From assembly GCA_963813335.1 (NCBI GenBank), contig CAWEYL010000002.1:66923-130922 (forward strand): 64,000 nt of DNA, written 5' to 3'. The stretch is from an uncultured Chloroflexia bacterium (GTDB lineage Bacteria > Chloroflexota > Limnocylindria > Limnocylindrales > CSP1-4). This document shows positions 26,682 through 35,802 of the stretch, piece after piece (the stretch's first letter is position 1; each line of letters opens with the position of its first letter). The notes under the pieces were generated by a model. The model made no database searches, was not told the origin of the DNA, and saw nothing but the letters and a program-made list of their open reading frames with translations. Made by a program: the position numbers and the translations under genes.

Positions 26682-27787
26682 GTGGATCCGTCCGCCATCC
26701 GCGACCTGGCTGAACGGATCCGGTCGACCTCGGGGCATCTTTGACCTCGAGGGGAAGCAGGCCCGCGTCGAGGAACTCGACGCCCTGACCCTCGAGCCCG
26801 GCTTCTGGGACGACAGCCGGGCCGCCCAGAAGGTCACCCGCGAAATCGAGCGGCCTCCGCGAGGAGATCGAGACCTGGGCCGCCCTCGGCCGCCGTGCCG
26901 GCGACCTGCTCGCCGCGGTGGAGCTGCTCAACGAAGGCCCCGACGCCGAGCTCGAGGCCGAGCTGGACCGCGACGCGACCGAGCTGGACCGCGACTACGG
27001 CCGGGAGCGGACCGCGCTGCTGTTCTCGGGTTCGTACGACGACCGCAACGCGCTCCTCTCGATCAGCGCTGGCGCCGGCGGCACCGAGGCCACCGACTGG
27101 GCCGAGATGCTGCTGCGGATGTACCTGCGCTGGGCCGAGCGCCACCGTTTCTCGACCGAGATCCTCGACCAGCAGGAAGGCGAGCAGGCCGGCATCAAGA
27201 GCGCGACCGTCGCGGTGAACGGACGTCGCGCCTATGGCTGGCTGCGCGCGGAACGCGGGGTCCATCGGCTCGTGCGCATCAGCCCGTTCGACTCGCAGAA
27301 CCGGCGCCAGACGACGTTCGCGCTCGTCGAAGTGCTGCCCGAGGCGGAGGACGACGTCGAGATCGAATTGGACTGGGACGAGATCCGCGTCGACACGTTC
27401 CGCTCGCAAGGCGCCGGCGGCCAGCACGTCAACAAGACCGACTCGGCGGTGCGGCTCACCCATCTGCCCACGAACATCGTCGCGCAGAGCCAGAACGAGC
27501 GCAGCCAGACCCAGAACAAGGAGATGGCGATCAAGGTCCTCAAGGCACGACTCCTGGAGCGGGCGCTCGAGGAGAAGGAGGCCGAGGTGCGAGCGCTCAA
27601 GGGCGAGCACGTCGAGGCCGGGTGGGGGAACCAGATCCGGAGCTACGTGCTGCACCCGTACCAGATGGTCAAGGACCTGCGCACGGAACATGAGACCAGC
27701 AACACGTCGGCGGTCCTCGACGGCGACCTCGACGCGTTCATGCAGGCCGAGCTCGAGCGCGGCATCGGCGCCGACGACGCCGCCTGA
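26682..27787 (+). CDS. prfB: Peptide chain release factor 2 (programmed +1 frameshift at 26739-26745; extra base near 26854 likely error)
   Basis: GTG GAT CCG...GGG CAT CTT TGA C; then FWDD, GAGGTEATDW, VRISPFD (SPF), GAGGQHVNKTDSAVR, WGNQIRSY. Confidence 0.95.
26731..26745 (+). promoter_or_regulatory. RF2 autoregulatory +1 frameshift cassette
   Basis: CGGGG-CAT-CTT-TGA-C: internal SD-like G-run plus slippery CUU UGA C, in frame with GTG 26682. Confidence 0.92.
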
Positions 27788-28782
27788 TGACCGGCATCGC
27801 GAGCGCCGGGGCGGTCGGCGACCTGACCTACCGGCCCGTGCGCATCGACGAGCTCGAGGCATGCGCCGAGATCTGGCGGGTCTCGATCAACGACTACATC
27901 CGCCGCCTCGGACAGGCCGAGATCATGACCGAGACCGGGCCGCTGGTCCGCCTCTACCGCCACCTGGCGACGACCGACCCGGAGCGGTTCGTGGTCGCCG
28001 TGCGGGCCGGCGGGGCACCCGACGAGGACGAGGTCGTCGCCTTCGTCGCGTCGGTCGTGCGCGAGCGGCTGTGGTTCCTCTCGATGCTGTTCGTCTCGCC
28101 GGAGATCCAGGCGGCGGGCATCGGGCGCGCCCTGCTCGCCCAGGTGATGCCGCCGGGGGGCACCGCCGGCGATGCCGGCCCGATGACGATGGCGACGGCC
28201 ACCGACAGCGCGCAGCCCATCTCGAACGCCCTGTACGCGACCTACGGCATGGTGCCGCGCATGCCGCTCCTCGACGTCTCGGGGCTGGTCGCGCGACCCG
28301 AGGCGTTCGGCGCCCTGCCGTCGGGTGTCACGCCCGTCCCCTTCGAGGCGATCGCCGCCGGGCCGCCGGGCGGTGCCGGCCACCGCGAGCTGGCGGACGC
28401 CGTCGACGGCCTCGACCGCGAGGTCCTCGGCGTCGCCCACCCGCTCGACCACCGCTACCTGCGCAGCGAATCCCGACGGGGCTGGCTCTACCGCGGGCCG
28501 GACGGCGCCGCGCTCGGCTACGGCTACGCCACCGAAGCCGGGCGGGTCGGCCCGGTCGCCGTCCGCGACGCCGACCTGCTCGCACCGGTGCTCGGCCACC
28601 TCACCACGGCCGTCGAGCCGCGCGGCGCCTTCGCGCTGTGGCTGCCGGGCAGTGCCGATCGCGCGGTCGTGCCCGCGCTGCGGGCCGGGTTCCGCCTCGA
28701 CCAGTTCCCGATCCTGCTGTGCTGGGACCGCCCGTTCGCCGACTTCAGCCGCTACCTGCCGATCTCGCCCGGCCTGTTGTAG
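27787..28782 (+). CDS. GNAT-family acetyltransferase
   Basis: LFVSPEIQAAGIGRALL acetyl-CoA motif; second GNAT-like half with GRVGPVA. Confidence 0.8.
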   Translation: MTGIASAGAVGDLTYRPVRIDELEACAEIWRVSINDYIRRLGQAEIMTETGPLVRLYRHLATTDPERFVVAVRAGGAPDEDEVVAFVASVVRERLWFLSMLFVSPEIQAAGIGRALLAQVMPPGGTAGDAGPMTMATATDSAQPISNALYATYGMVPRMPLLDVSGLVARPEAFGALPSGVTPVPFEAIAAGPPGGAGHRELADAVDGLDREVLGVAHPLDHRYLRSESRRGWLYRGPDGAALGYGYATEAGRVGPVAVRDADLLAPVLGHLTTAVEPRGAFALWLPGSADRAVVPALRAGFRLDQFPILLCWDRPFADFSRYLPISPGLL

Positions 28783-28973
28783 CAAGCGCACCGGACCACA
28801 CCGGACCGGACCATCGTCCCGGTCCGCCGCTGACCGCCGTCACGTTTGCCGCACCCGTGGGCGGGTGATAGCCTCAGGTCACACGTGGCTCCCCTTGCCG
28901 TGCCCGCGGACGGAGTCCTGCCAGCCTGTGCCGGCGACGCCCGTCGCCGGCCGCAACGCCCGCGGAGCCGATC

Positions 28974-29750
28974 TTGACCCTCGCCCCAGCCTCGACCGCC
29001 ACGCGCACGCTGCGCGAACGCGTCCTCCGCCGCCCGACCGAGCAGGCGACCCAGGAGCGCGCGGTCCTCGTGCTGCACGACGTGACCATGCAGTACGACA
29101 ACGGCAAGGAGGCCCTGCGCGACGTCGACCTGGTCATCCCCGAGGGCGACTTCGTCTTCCTCGTCGGGCCGTCCGGGGCGGGCAAGTCGACGCTGATCAA
29201 GCTCCTCATCCGCGACGAGATCGCGACCAAGGGCGCGGTGGTGCTCGACGGCCAGGACCTCGCCCGGCTGCCGCGCCGCCAGGTGCCCAGGATGCGGCGC
29301 AAGATCGGGATCATCTTCCAGGACTTCAAGCTGCTCCCGACCAAGACCGTCTGGGAGAACGTGGCGTTCGCGCTCGAGGTGACCGGCACGCCACGGCGCA
29401 AGGTCACGCCCGCGGTCGACCGGGTGCTGGCCCTGGTCGGGCTGACCGCCCAGGCGCGCCAGATCCCCTCCCAGCTGTCCGGCGGCGAGCAGCAGCGCAC
29501 CGCGATCGCCCGGGCGCTCGTGCACGATCCGCGCCTGATCATCGCGGACGAGCCCACCGGCAACCTCGACCCGCTCATCAGCTGGGAGATCCTGCAACTG
29601 CTCCTGCGCATCAACGAGCTGGGCGTCACGGTCCTCATGGCCACCCACAACGCCGAGGTGGTCACCGCGCTCCGCCGCCGCGTCGTGGCGCTCGAGGAGG
29701 GCCGGATCATCCGCGACGAGGTGGGCGGTGCCTACCACCGCGAGGACTGA
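28974..29750 (+). CDS. ftsE: Cell division ATP-binding protein FtsE
   Basis: [33 protein letters not shown]; precedes ftsX; start uncertain. Confidence 0.93.
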   Translation: MTLAPASTATRTLRERVLRRPTEQATQERAVLVLHDVTMQYDNGKEALRDVDLVIPEGDFVFLVGPSGAGKSTLIKLLIRDEIATKGAVVLDGQDLARLPRRQVPRMRRKIGIIFQDFKLLPTKTVWENVAFALEVTGTPRRKVTPAVDRVLALVGLTAQARQIPSQLSGGEQQRTAIARALVHDPRLIIADEPTGNLDPLISWEILQLLLRINELGVTVLMATHNAEVVTALRRRVVALEEGRIIRDEVGGAYHRED

Positions 29751-29753
29751 GCG

Positions 29754-30644
29754 ATGATCTCGTTCGTCGTGTTCAGCCTGCGCCGCGCCTGGCAGGGGTT
29801 CTGGCGCAACGCCCTGATGAGCTTCGCGGCCACGGCCACGATGGTCCTGATGCTCATGCTCCTGGCCGGCTTCTGGATCATCCAGACCGGCCTGCTCTCG
29901 GCGCTCCAGTTCACCGAGCAGAAGGTCCAGGTCGTCGCCTACCTGCAACCGAACACCACCGACACCCAGGTCCAGGCACTCAAGGCGGAGATCGCGGCGA
30001 TGCCCGAGGTGACCTCGGTCGACTACGTGACCCGGGACGAGGCGCTGGCGAGGTTCCGCGCCTCGCTCCAGGCGCAGGGCCGCGAGGACCTGACGCGCTA
30101 CCTCGACTCCAACCCCCTGTATGCCAGCCTCGAGATCCGGATGGTCTCCGCCGCCGACGTCGCGGTCGTGAGCGAGCGCCTCGACCCGTCGAACGAGCCG
30201 ATCATCCGCAACGTCCTCAACCAGAAGGACTTCGTGGCCAACCTCGTGACGGTCACCGACATCCTGCGGACCGCCGGCACGATCGTGCTGCTCGTCGTGG
30301 GGATCATCGCGCTGTTCATCATCGTGAACACCATCCGCCTGGCCGTCGTGGCCCGGGCGGAGGAGATCGAGATCATGCGCCTGGTCGGCGCCTCGGACGC
30401 CTTCATCCGCTGGCCGTTCGTGTTCGAGGGCGCCTTCGTCGGCCTGCTCGGGGCGCTGATCACGCTGGGCCTGCTCGCCCTCGGCGCCGAGCCGCTGAGC
30501 GCGTTCATGGCGGACTTCTTCCGGGTGCTGCCGCTGCAGCTGGGCTCGCTGACCCGCGACCTGGTGCTGCTCGTCCTGGGCACCGGCATCGGGCTCGGCA
30601 TCCTGGGCTCGTGGGTCTCGGTCCGGACCTACCTCATCCGCTGA
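29754..30644 (+). CDS. ftsX: Cell division permease FtsX
   Basis: 4-TM layout, NTIRLAV..R.EEIEIMRLVGAS..FIRWPF..EG. Confidence 0.93.
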   Translation: MISFVVFSLRRAWQGFWRNALMSFAATATMVLMLMLLAGFWIIQTGLLSALQFTEQKVQVVAYLQPNTTDTQVQALKAEIAAMPEVTSVDYVTRDEALARFRASLQAQGREDLTRYLDSNPLYASLEIRMVSAADVAVVSERLDPSNEPIIRNVLNQKDFVANLVTVTDILRTAGTIVLLVVGIIALFIIVNTIRLAVVARAEEIEIMRLVGASDAFIRWPFVFEGAFVGLLGALITLGLLALGAEPLSAFMADFFRVLPLQLGSLTRDLVLLVLGTGIGLGILGSWVSVRTYLIR

Positions 30645-30769
30645 CCCCGCGGCCGCCCGCGACGGCCGCTCCGGTCGCGCTCGGCGGCCCCTTCCCGGGA
30701 CCGGCGCTATCCTTCACCACCCCCGACCGGAGACCCGTCCGGGCATGACCGCAGGATCGGCTGACCACG

Positions 30770-32113
30770 ATGCAACCTGACGCCCCCGACCCCGTCGCCC
30801 CCGACCCGGCCCACCCCGTCGTCGCCGACCCGGCGCCCCCGCCGCCCCCCGCGGCCTCCCGACGCTCGCTCGTGCTCTCGATGGCGATCGCGCTCGTCGC
30901 CGTCCTCGCCGGCAGCGGCCTGTTCCTGTCCGGCTACACGCTCGGCCAGCGGACCGCGTCGGAGCCCTCGACGCCGATCTCGGAGGCGGATGCGTTCCGG
31001 CCGTTCTGGGACACGTACCACACGATCACCGACACGTACGCCGGCGGTGACGTCGACCGCGAGGCGCTCATCCAGGGCGCGATCAAGGGGATGGTCGGCG
31101 CCCTCGGCGACCCGTACTCGTCGTACCTGACCGCCCAGGAATACCTCGCCTCCCTGCAGGGGATCAGCGGGCAGTTCGAGGGGGTCGGCGCCGAGATCTC
31201 AACGCAGGGCACGGACGGCGTGCAGGGCTGCGCGCCGCTCGGCCCGACCTGCCACCTGCTGGTGGTCTCCGCGCTCGAGGGCTCGCCGGCCGAGAAGGCC
31301 GGCCTCGCCGCCGGCGACCTGGTCCTGGCCACGGACGGCGGCTCGCTCGACGGGCTCACCGTGGACGCCGCACGGGCCCGCGTCCGCGGACCGAAGGGCT
31401 CGGTCGTGACCCTGACCATCGAGCGCGGGGCGGCCGCGCCGTTCGACGTGGCGATCACCCGCGACATCGTCCAGCGGCGCGAGGTGACCAGCAAGGCCCT
31501 CGCCGACGGGTCCGTCGGGTACGTCCGGCTCGCCGACTTCTCGGATGCGGCCGCGGCGACCCTGCGCGAGGACATCGCCGCCCACGTCGCCGCCGGCCGC
31601 ACGGCGCTGATCCTCGACCTGCGCGGCGACCCGGGCGGGTTCGTGACGGCGGCCCGCGCCGTCGCCAGCGAGTTCATCGGCTCAGGCGTCATCTTCTGGG
31701 AGCAGGACGCCCAGGGCGGCCAGCTCGCCACGCAAGCGCTCCCTGGCGGCGTCGCCACGGACCCGAAGCTGCGGATCGTGTGCCTCATCGACGGCGGCAG
31801 CGCCTCGGCCAGCGAGATCGTGGCCGGCGCGCTCCAGGATTCGAAACGCGCGACGCTGGTCGGCCAGACGTCCTTCGGGAAGGGCACCGTCCAGCGCTGG
31901 ACCGAGCTGACCGGCGAGGGCGGCGCGGTCAAGCTGACCGTCGCCCGCTGGCTGACCCCGGACAAGCGCTGGATCCACGGCGTCGGGCTCACGCCGGACG
32001 TCGTCGTCGACGTGCCCGCGGACACGCCCGCCGGGAGCGACCCGATCCTCGACAAGGCCCTCCAGGTGCTCGCCGCGACGGCGGCCGGCCCGATCCGCCT
32101 CGCCGCCGCCTGA
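30770..32113 (+). CDS. ctpA: S41 carboxy-terminal processing protease (PDZ plus catalytic domain)
   Basis: N-terminal TM, DPYSSY, LDLRGDPGG, SASASEI, TSFGKG.VQ, IHGVGLTPD. Confidence 0.9.
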   Translation: MQPDAPDPVAPDPAHPVVADPAPPPPPAASRRSLVLSMAIALVAVLAGSGLFLSGYTLGQRTASEPSTPISEADAFRPFWDTYHTITDTYAGGDVDREALIQGAIKGMVGALGDPYSSYLTAQEYLASLQGISGQFEGVGAEISTQGTDGVQGCAPLGPTCHLLVVSALEGSPAEKAGLAAGDLVLATDGGSLDGLTVDAARARVRGPKGSVVTLTIERGAAAPFDVAITRDIVQRREVTSKALADGSVGYVRLADFSDAAAATLREDIAAHVAAGRTALILDLRGDPGGFVTAARAVASEFIGSGVIFWEQDAQGGQLATQALPGGVATDPKLRIVCLIDGGSASASEIVAGALQDSKRATLVGQTSFGKGTVQRWTELTGEGGAVKLTVARWLTPDKRWIHGVGLTPDVVVDVPADTPAGSDPILDKALQVLAATAAGPIRLAAA

Positions 32114-32156
32114 GCCGCCCGACTGAGCCGCCGGCGCGACCGGGCACCGACGGGCC

Positions 32157-32185
32157 TTGCGCCTCCCGCGCCCATCGGGTACGGT
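32157..32185 (+). promoter_or_regulatory. Sigma70-type promoter of a small transcript
   Basis: TTGCGC (32157-62), 17 bp, TACGGT (32180-85). Confidence 0.6.
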
Positions 32186-32213
32186 TCTTGGGAACGAAAG
32201 GAGGTGATGTGCA

Positions 32214-32261
32214 GTGATCGACAGTAGTAGCTGCACCACCTCGCAGGAGATGGCCGTCTAG
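32214..32261 (+). CDS. Putative 15-aa peptide MIDSSSCTTSQEMAV
   Basis: GTG 9 nt after the GGAGG of AAAGGAGGTGAT; ends with TAG. Confidence 0.45.
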   Translation: MIDSSSCTTSQEMAV

Positions 32262-32290
32262 TCGGACACCCCTGTGGGTGGAAAGCTTTC

Positions 32291-32321
32291 GGACGCCGGC
32301 CCGCATGGGCCGGCGTTCGTG
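32291..32321 (+). terminator. Putative intrinsic terminator
   Basis: GGACGCCGGCCC-GCAT-GGGCCGGCGTTC hairpin with a weak U tail. Confidence 0.6.
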
Positions 32322-32379
32322 CGCCCGGGCCAGGCCCGCGGCCCATACTCCACCCCACGAGTCCCGAAGGAGCCATCCC

Positions 32380-32847
32380 ATGCGCGACGAGAAGACCGTC
32401 GCCCTCAACCGCAGAGCCCGCCACGACTTCACGATCGACGACACGTTCGAGGCCGGGATCGTGCTGACCGGCACCGAGATCAAGTCGCTGCGCGCCGGCA
32501 AGGCCAACTTGTCCGACGCCTATGCGCGCGTCGAGCGCAACGAGGCGTGGCTGATCGGCGCCCACATCGCGCCATTCGAGCAGGCCAACCGCTACAACCA
32601 CGAGCCCAAGCGGATGCGCAAGCTCCTGCTCCACCGCTCGGAGATCGACGAGCTGCTGGGGCGGGCCAAGGCCAAGGGCCAGACCATCGTCCCGCTGCGG
32701 CTGTACATCAACACCAAGGGCAAGGCCAAGATCGAGCTCGGCCTGGCCCGCGGCAAGCAGCTCCACGACCGCCGGCGCGACATCGCGGACCGCGACGCCC
32801 GCCGCGACGTCGACCGTGAGCTCGCGGACGCGCAGCGCGGACGCTAG
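32380..32847 (+). CDS. smpB: SsrA-binding protein
   Basis: NRRARHDF, EAGIVLTGTEIKSLR, RKLLLH, GKQLHDRR; AAGGAG SD. Confidence 0.97.
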   Translation: MRDEKTVALNRRARHDFTIDDTFEAGIVLTGTEIKSLRAGKANLSDAYARVERNEAWLIGAHIAPFEQANRYNHEPKRMRKLLLHRSEIDELLGRAKAKGQTIVPLRLYINTKGKAKIELGLARGKQLHDRRRDIADRDARRDVDRELADAQRGR

Positions 32848-32851
32848 GCGC

Positions 32852-33931
32852 GTGACGACGCCGCTCCCCGAGCGCCTGCGCATCGGCCCCGTCATCGAGG
32901 CGGTGGACGCCCATGCGGCGGGGGAGCCCGGTCGGGTCATCGTCGGCGGCGTCGCGGACGTCCCCGGCCAGTCGATGTTCGACAAGATGTCGTGGCTGCA
33001 GGCGAACCGCGACGACCTCCGCCTGCGGATGCTGCGCGAGCCACGCGGCTACCCGGCGGCGAACTGCAACCTGGTCCTGCCCTCGAACCATCCCGACGCG
33101 GACGCCGGCTACGTGATCATGGAGCAGGTCGAGTACCCCGGGATGTCCGGCACGAACACGATGTGCGTCGTCACCGTGCTGCTCGAGACCGGCCGGCTGC
33201 CGATGACCGAGCCCGTCACGGAGCTCACGCTGGAGTCGCCGGCCGGGCTGATCCGGGTCAGCGCCGAGTGCCGCGACGGCAAGGTCCTCGGGGTGACGTT
33301 CCGGAACGTGCCCGCGTTCGCGACCCATATCGCGGCGCCGGTCGAGGTCCCGCACCTGGGGACCGTCGTCGTGGACGTGGCCTACGGCGGCATGTTCTAC
33401 GTCATCGCGGACGCGGCGCCGTTCGGGCTGCGCCTGACCCCCGACGAGGGCGCCGACATCGTGCGCATCACCGAGATGATCAAGGCCGCCGCGAACGAGC
33501 AGCTCCCCGTGGTCCACCCGGAGCAGCCGGGGTTCGCCGGCATCACCATCGGCCAGCTGTCCGGGCCGGCCCACGATCCGGCGAACTCGCGGCGGAACGT
33601 CGTGACCGTCTCGACCGGGACGCTCGACTGGGAACGGCCGGCGACGTGGACCGGCGCCATCGACCGCTCGCCGTGCGGGACGGGGACCTCGGCCAAGATG
33701 GCCACGCTGGCCGCGAAGGGCGAGCTGCGCGTCGGGGACACGTTCCGCCACGAGGGCATCCTCGGGACGGTGTTCACCGGCCGCGTCGTCGAGGAGACGG
33801 CGCTGGGCCCGTACCGGGCGATCGTCCCGACCATCACGGGCCAGGCTTGGATCACCGGGTTCGCGAGCTACGTGGTGGACCCCACCGATCCCTTCCCGGA
33901 CGGGTTCACGGTCGGCGACATCTGGGCGTAG
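32852..33931 (+). CDS. Proline racemase superfamily protein (Ser/Cys active-site pair)
   Basis: DAHAAGEPGR, REPRG, YPGMSGTN, DVAYGGMFY, DRSPCGTGT. Confidence 0.9.
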   Translation: MTTPLPERLRIGPVIEAVDAHAAGEPGRVIVGGVADVPGQSMFDKMSWLQANRDDLRLRMLREPRGYPAANCNLVLPSNHPDADAGYVIMEQVEYPGMSGTNTMCVVTVLLETGRLPMTEPVTELTLESPAGLIRVSAECRDGKVLGVTFRNVPAFATHIAAPVEVPHLGTVVVDVAYGGMFYVIADAAPFGLRLTPDEGADIVRITEMIKAAANEQLPVVHPEQPGFAGITIGQLSGPAHDPANSRRNVVTVSTGTLDWERPATWTGAIDRSPCGTGTSAKMATLAAKGELRVGDTFRHEGILGTVFTGRVVEETALGPYRAIVPTITGQAWITGFASYVVDPTDPFPDGFTVGDIWA

Positions 33932-35148
33932 GCGACGACGGGCGCGGCGACCGGCACGGTTGACGCGACGGGGTCCGTGCTGGCCCGCCAGTAGAGCAGC
34001 ACGCCGGCAGCGGTCGACACCGAGCACAGCAGCAGCCCGGCCGTGACGTCGACCAGGCCGGCCTGGAGCAGCGCGCTCATCAGGAACGCCGCGACGATGC
34101 CACGCGCGCCGGTGATGGCGTTCCAGCCGGCCATCGCCGCGGCGCGCGCGCTCATCGGCGTGTTGTCGCTGACCACCGACGCGATGCCGACGTCGATCGA
34201 GGCACCTGCCGCGCCGCCCGCGAGAGCGGCGACCCACAGCACCACGACGCTCGGGGCGAACGCCACCGCGATGAGGGCCAGCAGGCCCAGGCTCGTGCCG
34301 AGGCGCATCGCGACCAGCGGGCCCTTGCGGTCGCTGATGGCACCCCAGGCCAGGAACGAGACGGTGGTCGCGGCCGCGGTCAGGATCCCGATGATGCCGA
34401 CGTCCGCCAGCGACAGGTCGAGCCGGTCGACGTAGACCAGCGCGTAGAGCGGGAGCGCGGCGATCAGCCCGCCACCGTAGAAGCCCTGTGCCAGGGCGAC
34501 CCGCGACAGGATCGGTCGCTCGCGGAGGGCGCGGACCGATTCCCGCGCCGAGAAGCCCGGCGGTCGCTCGGCCGCCTTCGCTTGGAAGCCGGCGTAGCCG
34601 ACGGCACAGACGACCCCGACCGAGCCGGCGAGCGCGACCGCCGTCGGGCCGCCCAGGCGATCGGCCAGGAGACCGCCGGCCAGTGCCGCGAGGGCACCGG
34701 CGGCGGCCCGGCCCGTCCCGAGCAGGCCGACGACCCGACCGAGCAGGCGGGCCGGGTACATCGCGCCCCACAGCCGCAGGTGGAAGGGACCGCCGAACGA
34801 GAGGCTGACCCAGAACACGATCGAGACGGCGATCATCACGGCCGCGGTCGGCCACACGTAGAGCAGGAGGAGCGATGCGGCGCCGGCGCCTCGGAGCAGC
34901 GCCAGCTGGCCGGGCGAGCGTGGTCCGAACCGCCCGGCGAACGCGCCGAGCAGGTTGGCGATGAAGGGTGCGGCGGCGAGCGCGGCGAGTCCGAGCGGCT
35001 CGAGGCCGCCGCGCCGGGCGATCGTGGGGAGCAGCGTCGTGACCAGCGCGACGCTCACGCCGACGCCGACGGCCGCGAGCAGGTCGAAGGCGAGATTCCG
35101 CCCGACCTCGCGCTGGGTCGGCGATGGGCGAAGCGATGGCCGGAGCAC
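33868..35148 (-). CDS. MFS transporter
   Basis: About 12 TM; GLLADRLG and GAISDRKG loop motifs. Confidence 0.8.
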   Translation of the reverse strand: MLRPSLRPSPTQREVGRNLAFDLLAAVGVGVSVALVTTLLPTIARRGGLEPLGLAALAAAPFIANLLGAFAGRFGPRSPGQLALLRGAGAASLLLLYVWPTAAVMIAVSIVFWVSLSFGGPFHLRLWGAMYPARLLGRVVGLLGTGRAAAGALAALAGGLLADRLGGPTAVALAGSVGVVCAVGYAGFQAKAAERPPGFSARESVRALRERPILSRVALAQGFYGGGLIAALPLYALVYVDRLDLSLADVGIIGILTAAATTVSFLAWGAISDRKGPLVAMRLGTSLGLLALIAVAFAPSVVVLWVAALAGGAAGASIDVGIASVVSDNTPMSARAAAMAGWNAITGARGIVAAFLMSALLQAGLVDVTAGLLLCSVSTAAGVLLYWRASTDPVASTVPVAAPVVAYAQMSPTVNPSGKGSVGSTT

Positions 35149-35328
35149 CGGGTACCTCGAAGCAGGCCCGCTTGGCCTGCGAGGTGAGCTGACGGGCTCG
35201 GCGTGGGTCTCGCCGTCGCGGACGGTCCGCGGTTCGCCCCAGGGTGGTGGGTCCCCCGTCCTCGATGAGGAGGTTCGGCCGTCGCCAATGCTACCAGCCC
35301 CGGCCGGCTCGCCCGTATGGGTCGTTGG

Positions 35329-35793
35329 TCAGGGGGCCGGGGCGACGGTCGTGGCGGCGCAGCCGGCGCACTGGCCGCTGATCGTGATGTGCGAGCGATC
35401 CACCACGAACGACCGTCCTTTGCCGAGGAGGCCGGCGATGGCGTCAGACTCGTCGCCGGAGAGCTGCCACGACGCCCCGCAGCCGCGGCAATGGAGATGG
35501 CCGTGCGCCTCGGTCGGCAGCACGTGGAACTCCTCGCGCCCGTCCATGCCGTGGTGGTGGCTGAGGTAGCCCAGCCCCTCGAGCACGTCGAGCGTCCGGT
35601 AGACGGTCGATGGCGTCGTCGTCGGATCGAACTCCCGGCAGCGCTCCACGAGCTCCGCGCCCGTCACGTGGCCGTCGCTGCGGCGGAGCACCTCGACCAG
35701 CGTGCGGCGCTGTGCCGTCCAGCGCAGCCCTTCGGCGTGCAGTCGATCGCGGACCTCGTCCCAGGCCGCCGTCTCGCCGTCGGTGGTGGTCAA
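35329..35793 (-). CDS. Fur-family metalloregulator
   Basis: GLRWTAQR, STVYRTL, HGHLHCRGCG, GQCAGC. Confidence 0.9.
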   Translation of the reverse strand: MTTTDGETAAWDEVRDRLHAEGLRWTAQRRTLVEVLRRSDGHVTGAELVERCREFDPTTTPSTVYRTLDVLEGLGYLSHHHGMDGREEFHVLPTEAHGHLHCRGCGASWQLSGDESDAIAGLLGKGRSFVVDRSHITISGQCAGCAATTVAPAP

Positions 35794-35802
35794 GGGCCGA
35801 GG

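Larger units (their letters stand above)
32191..32321 (+). ncRNA. Putative structured small RNA / mini-mRNA of about 130 nt
   Basis: Own promoter and terminator hairpin; SD-sequestering stem (32201-14 with 32231-42); CACCC/GGGTG stem; lower GC than flanks. Confidence 0.55.

Noticed and set aside
28790-28830. CCGGA micro-repeats (also 46840-46860) as CRISPR or REP elements
   Set aside because: They are too short and irregular, with no spacers and no cas genes.
32197-32208. 16S rRNA 3'-end fragment on the minus strand
   Set aside because: The match is only 12 nt with no flanking rRNA helix sequence, so it is better read as a Shine-Dalgarno.
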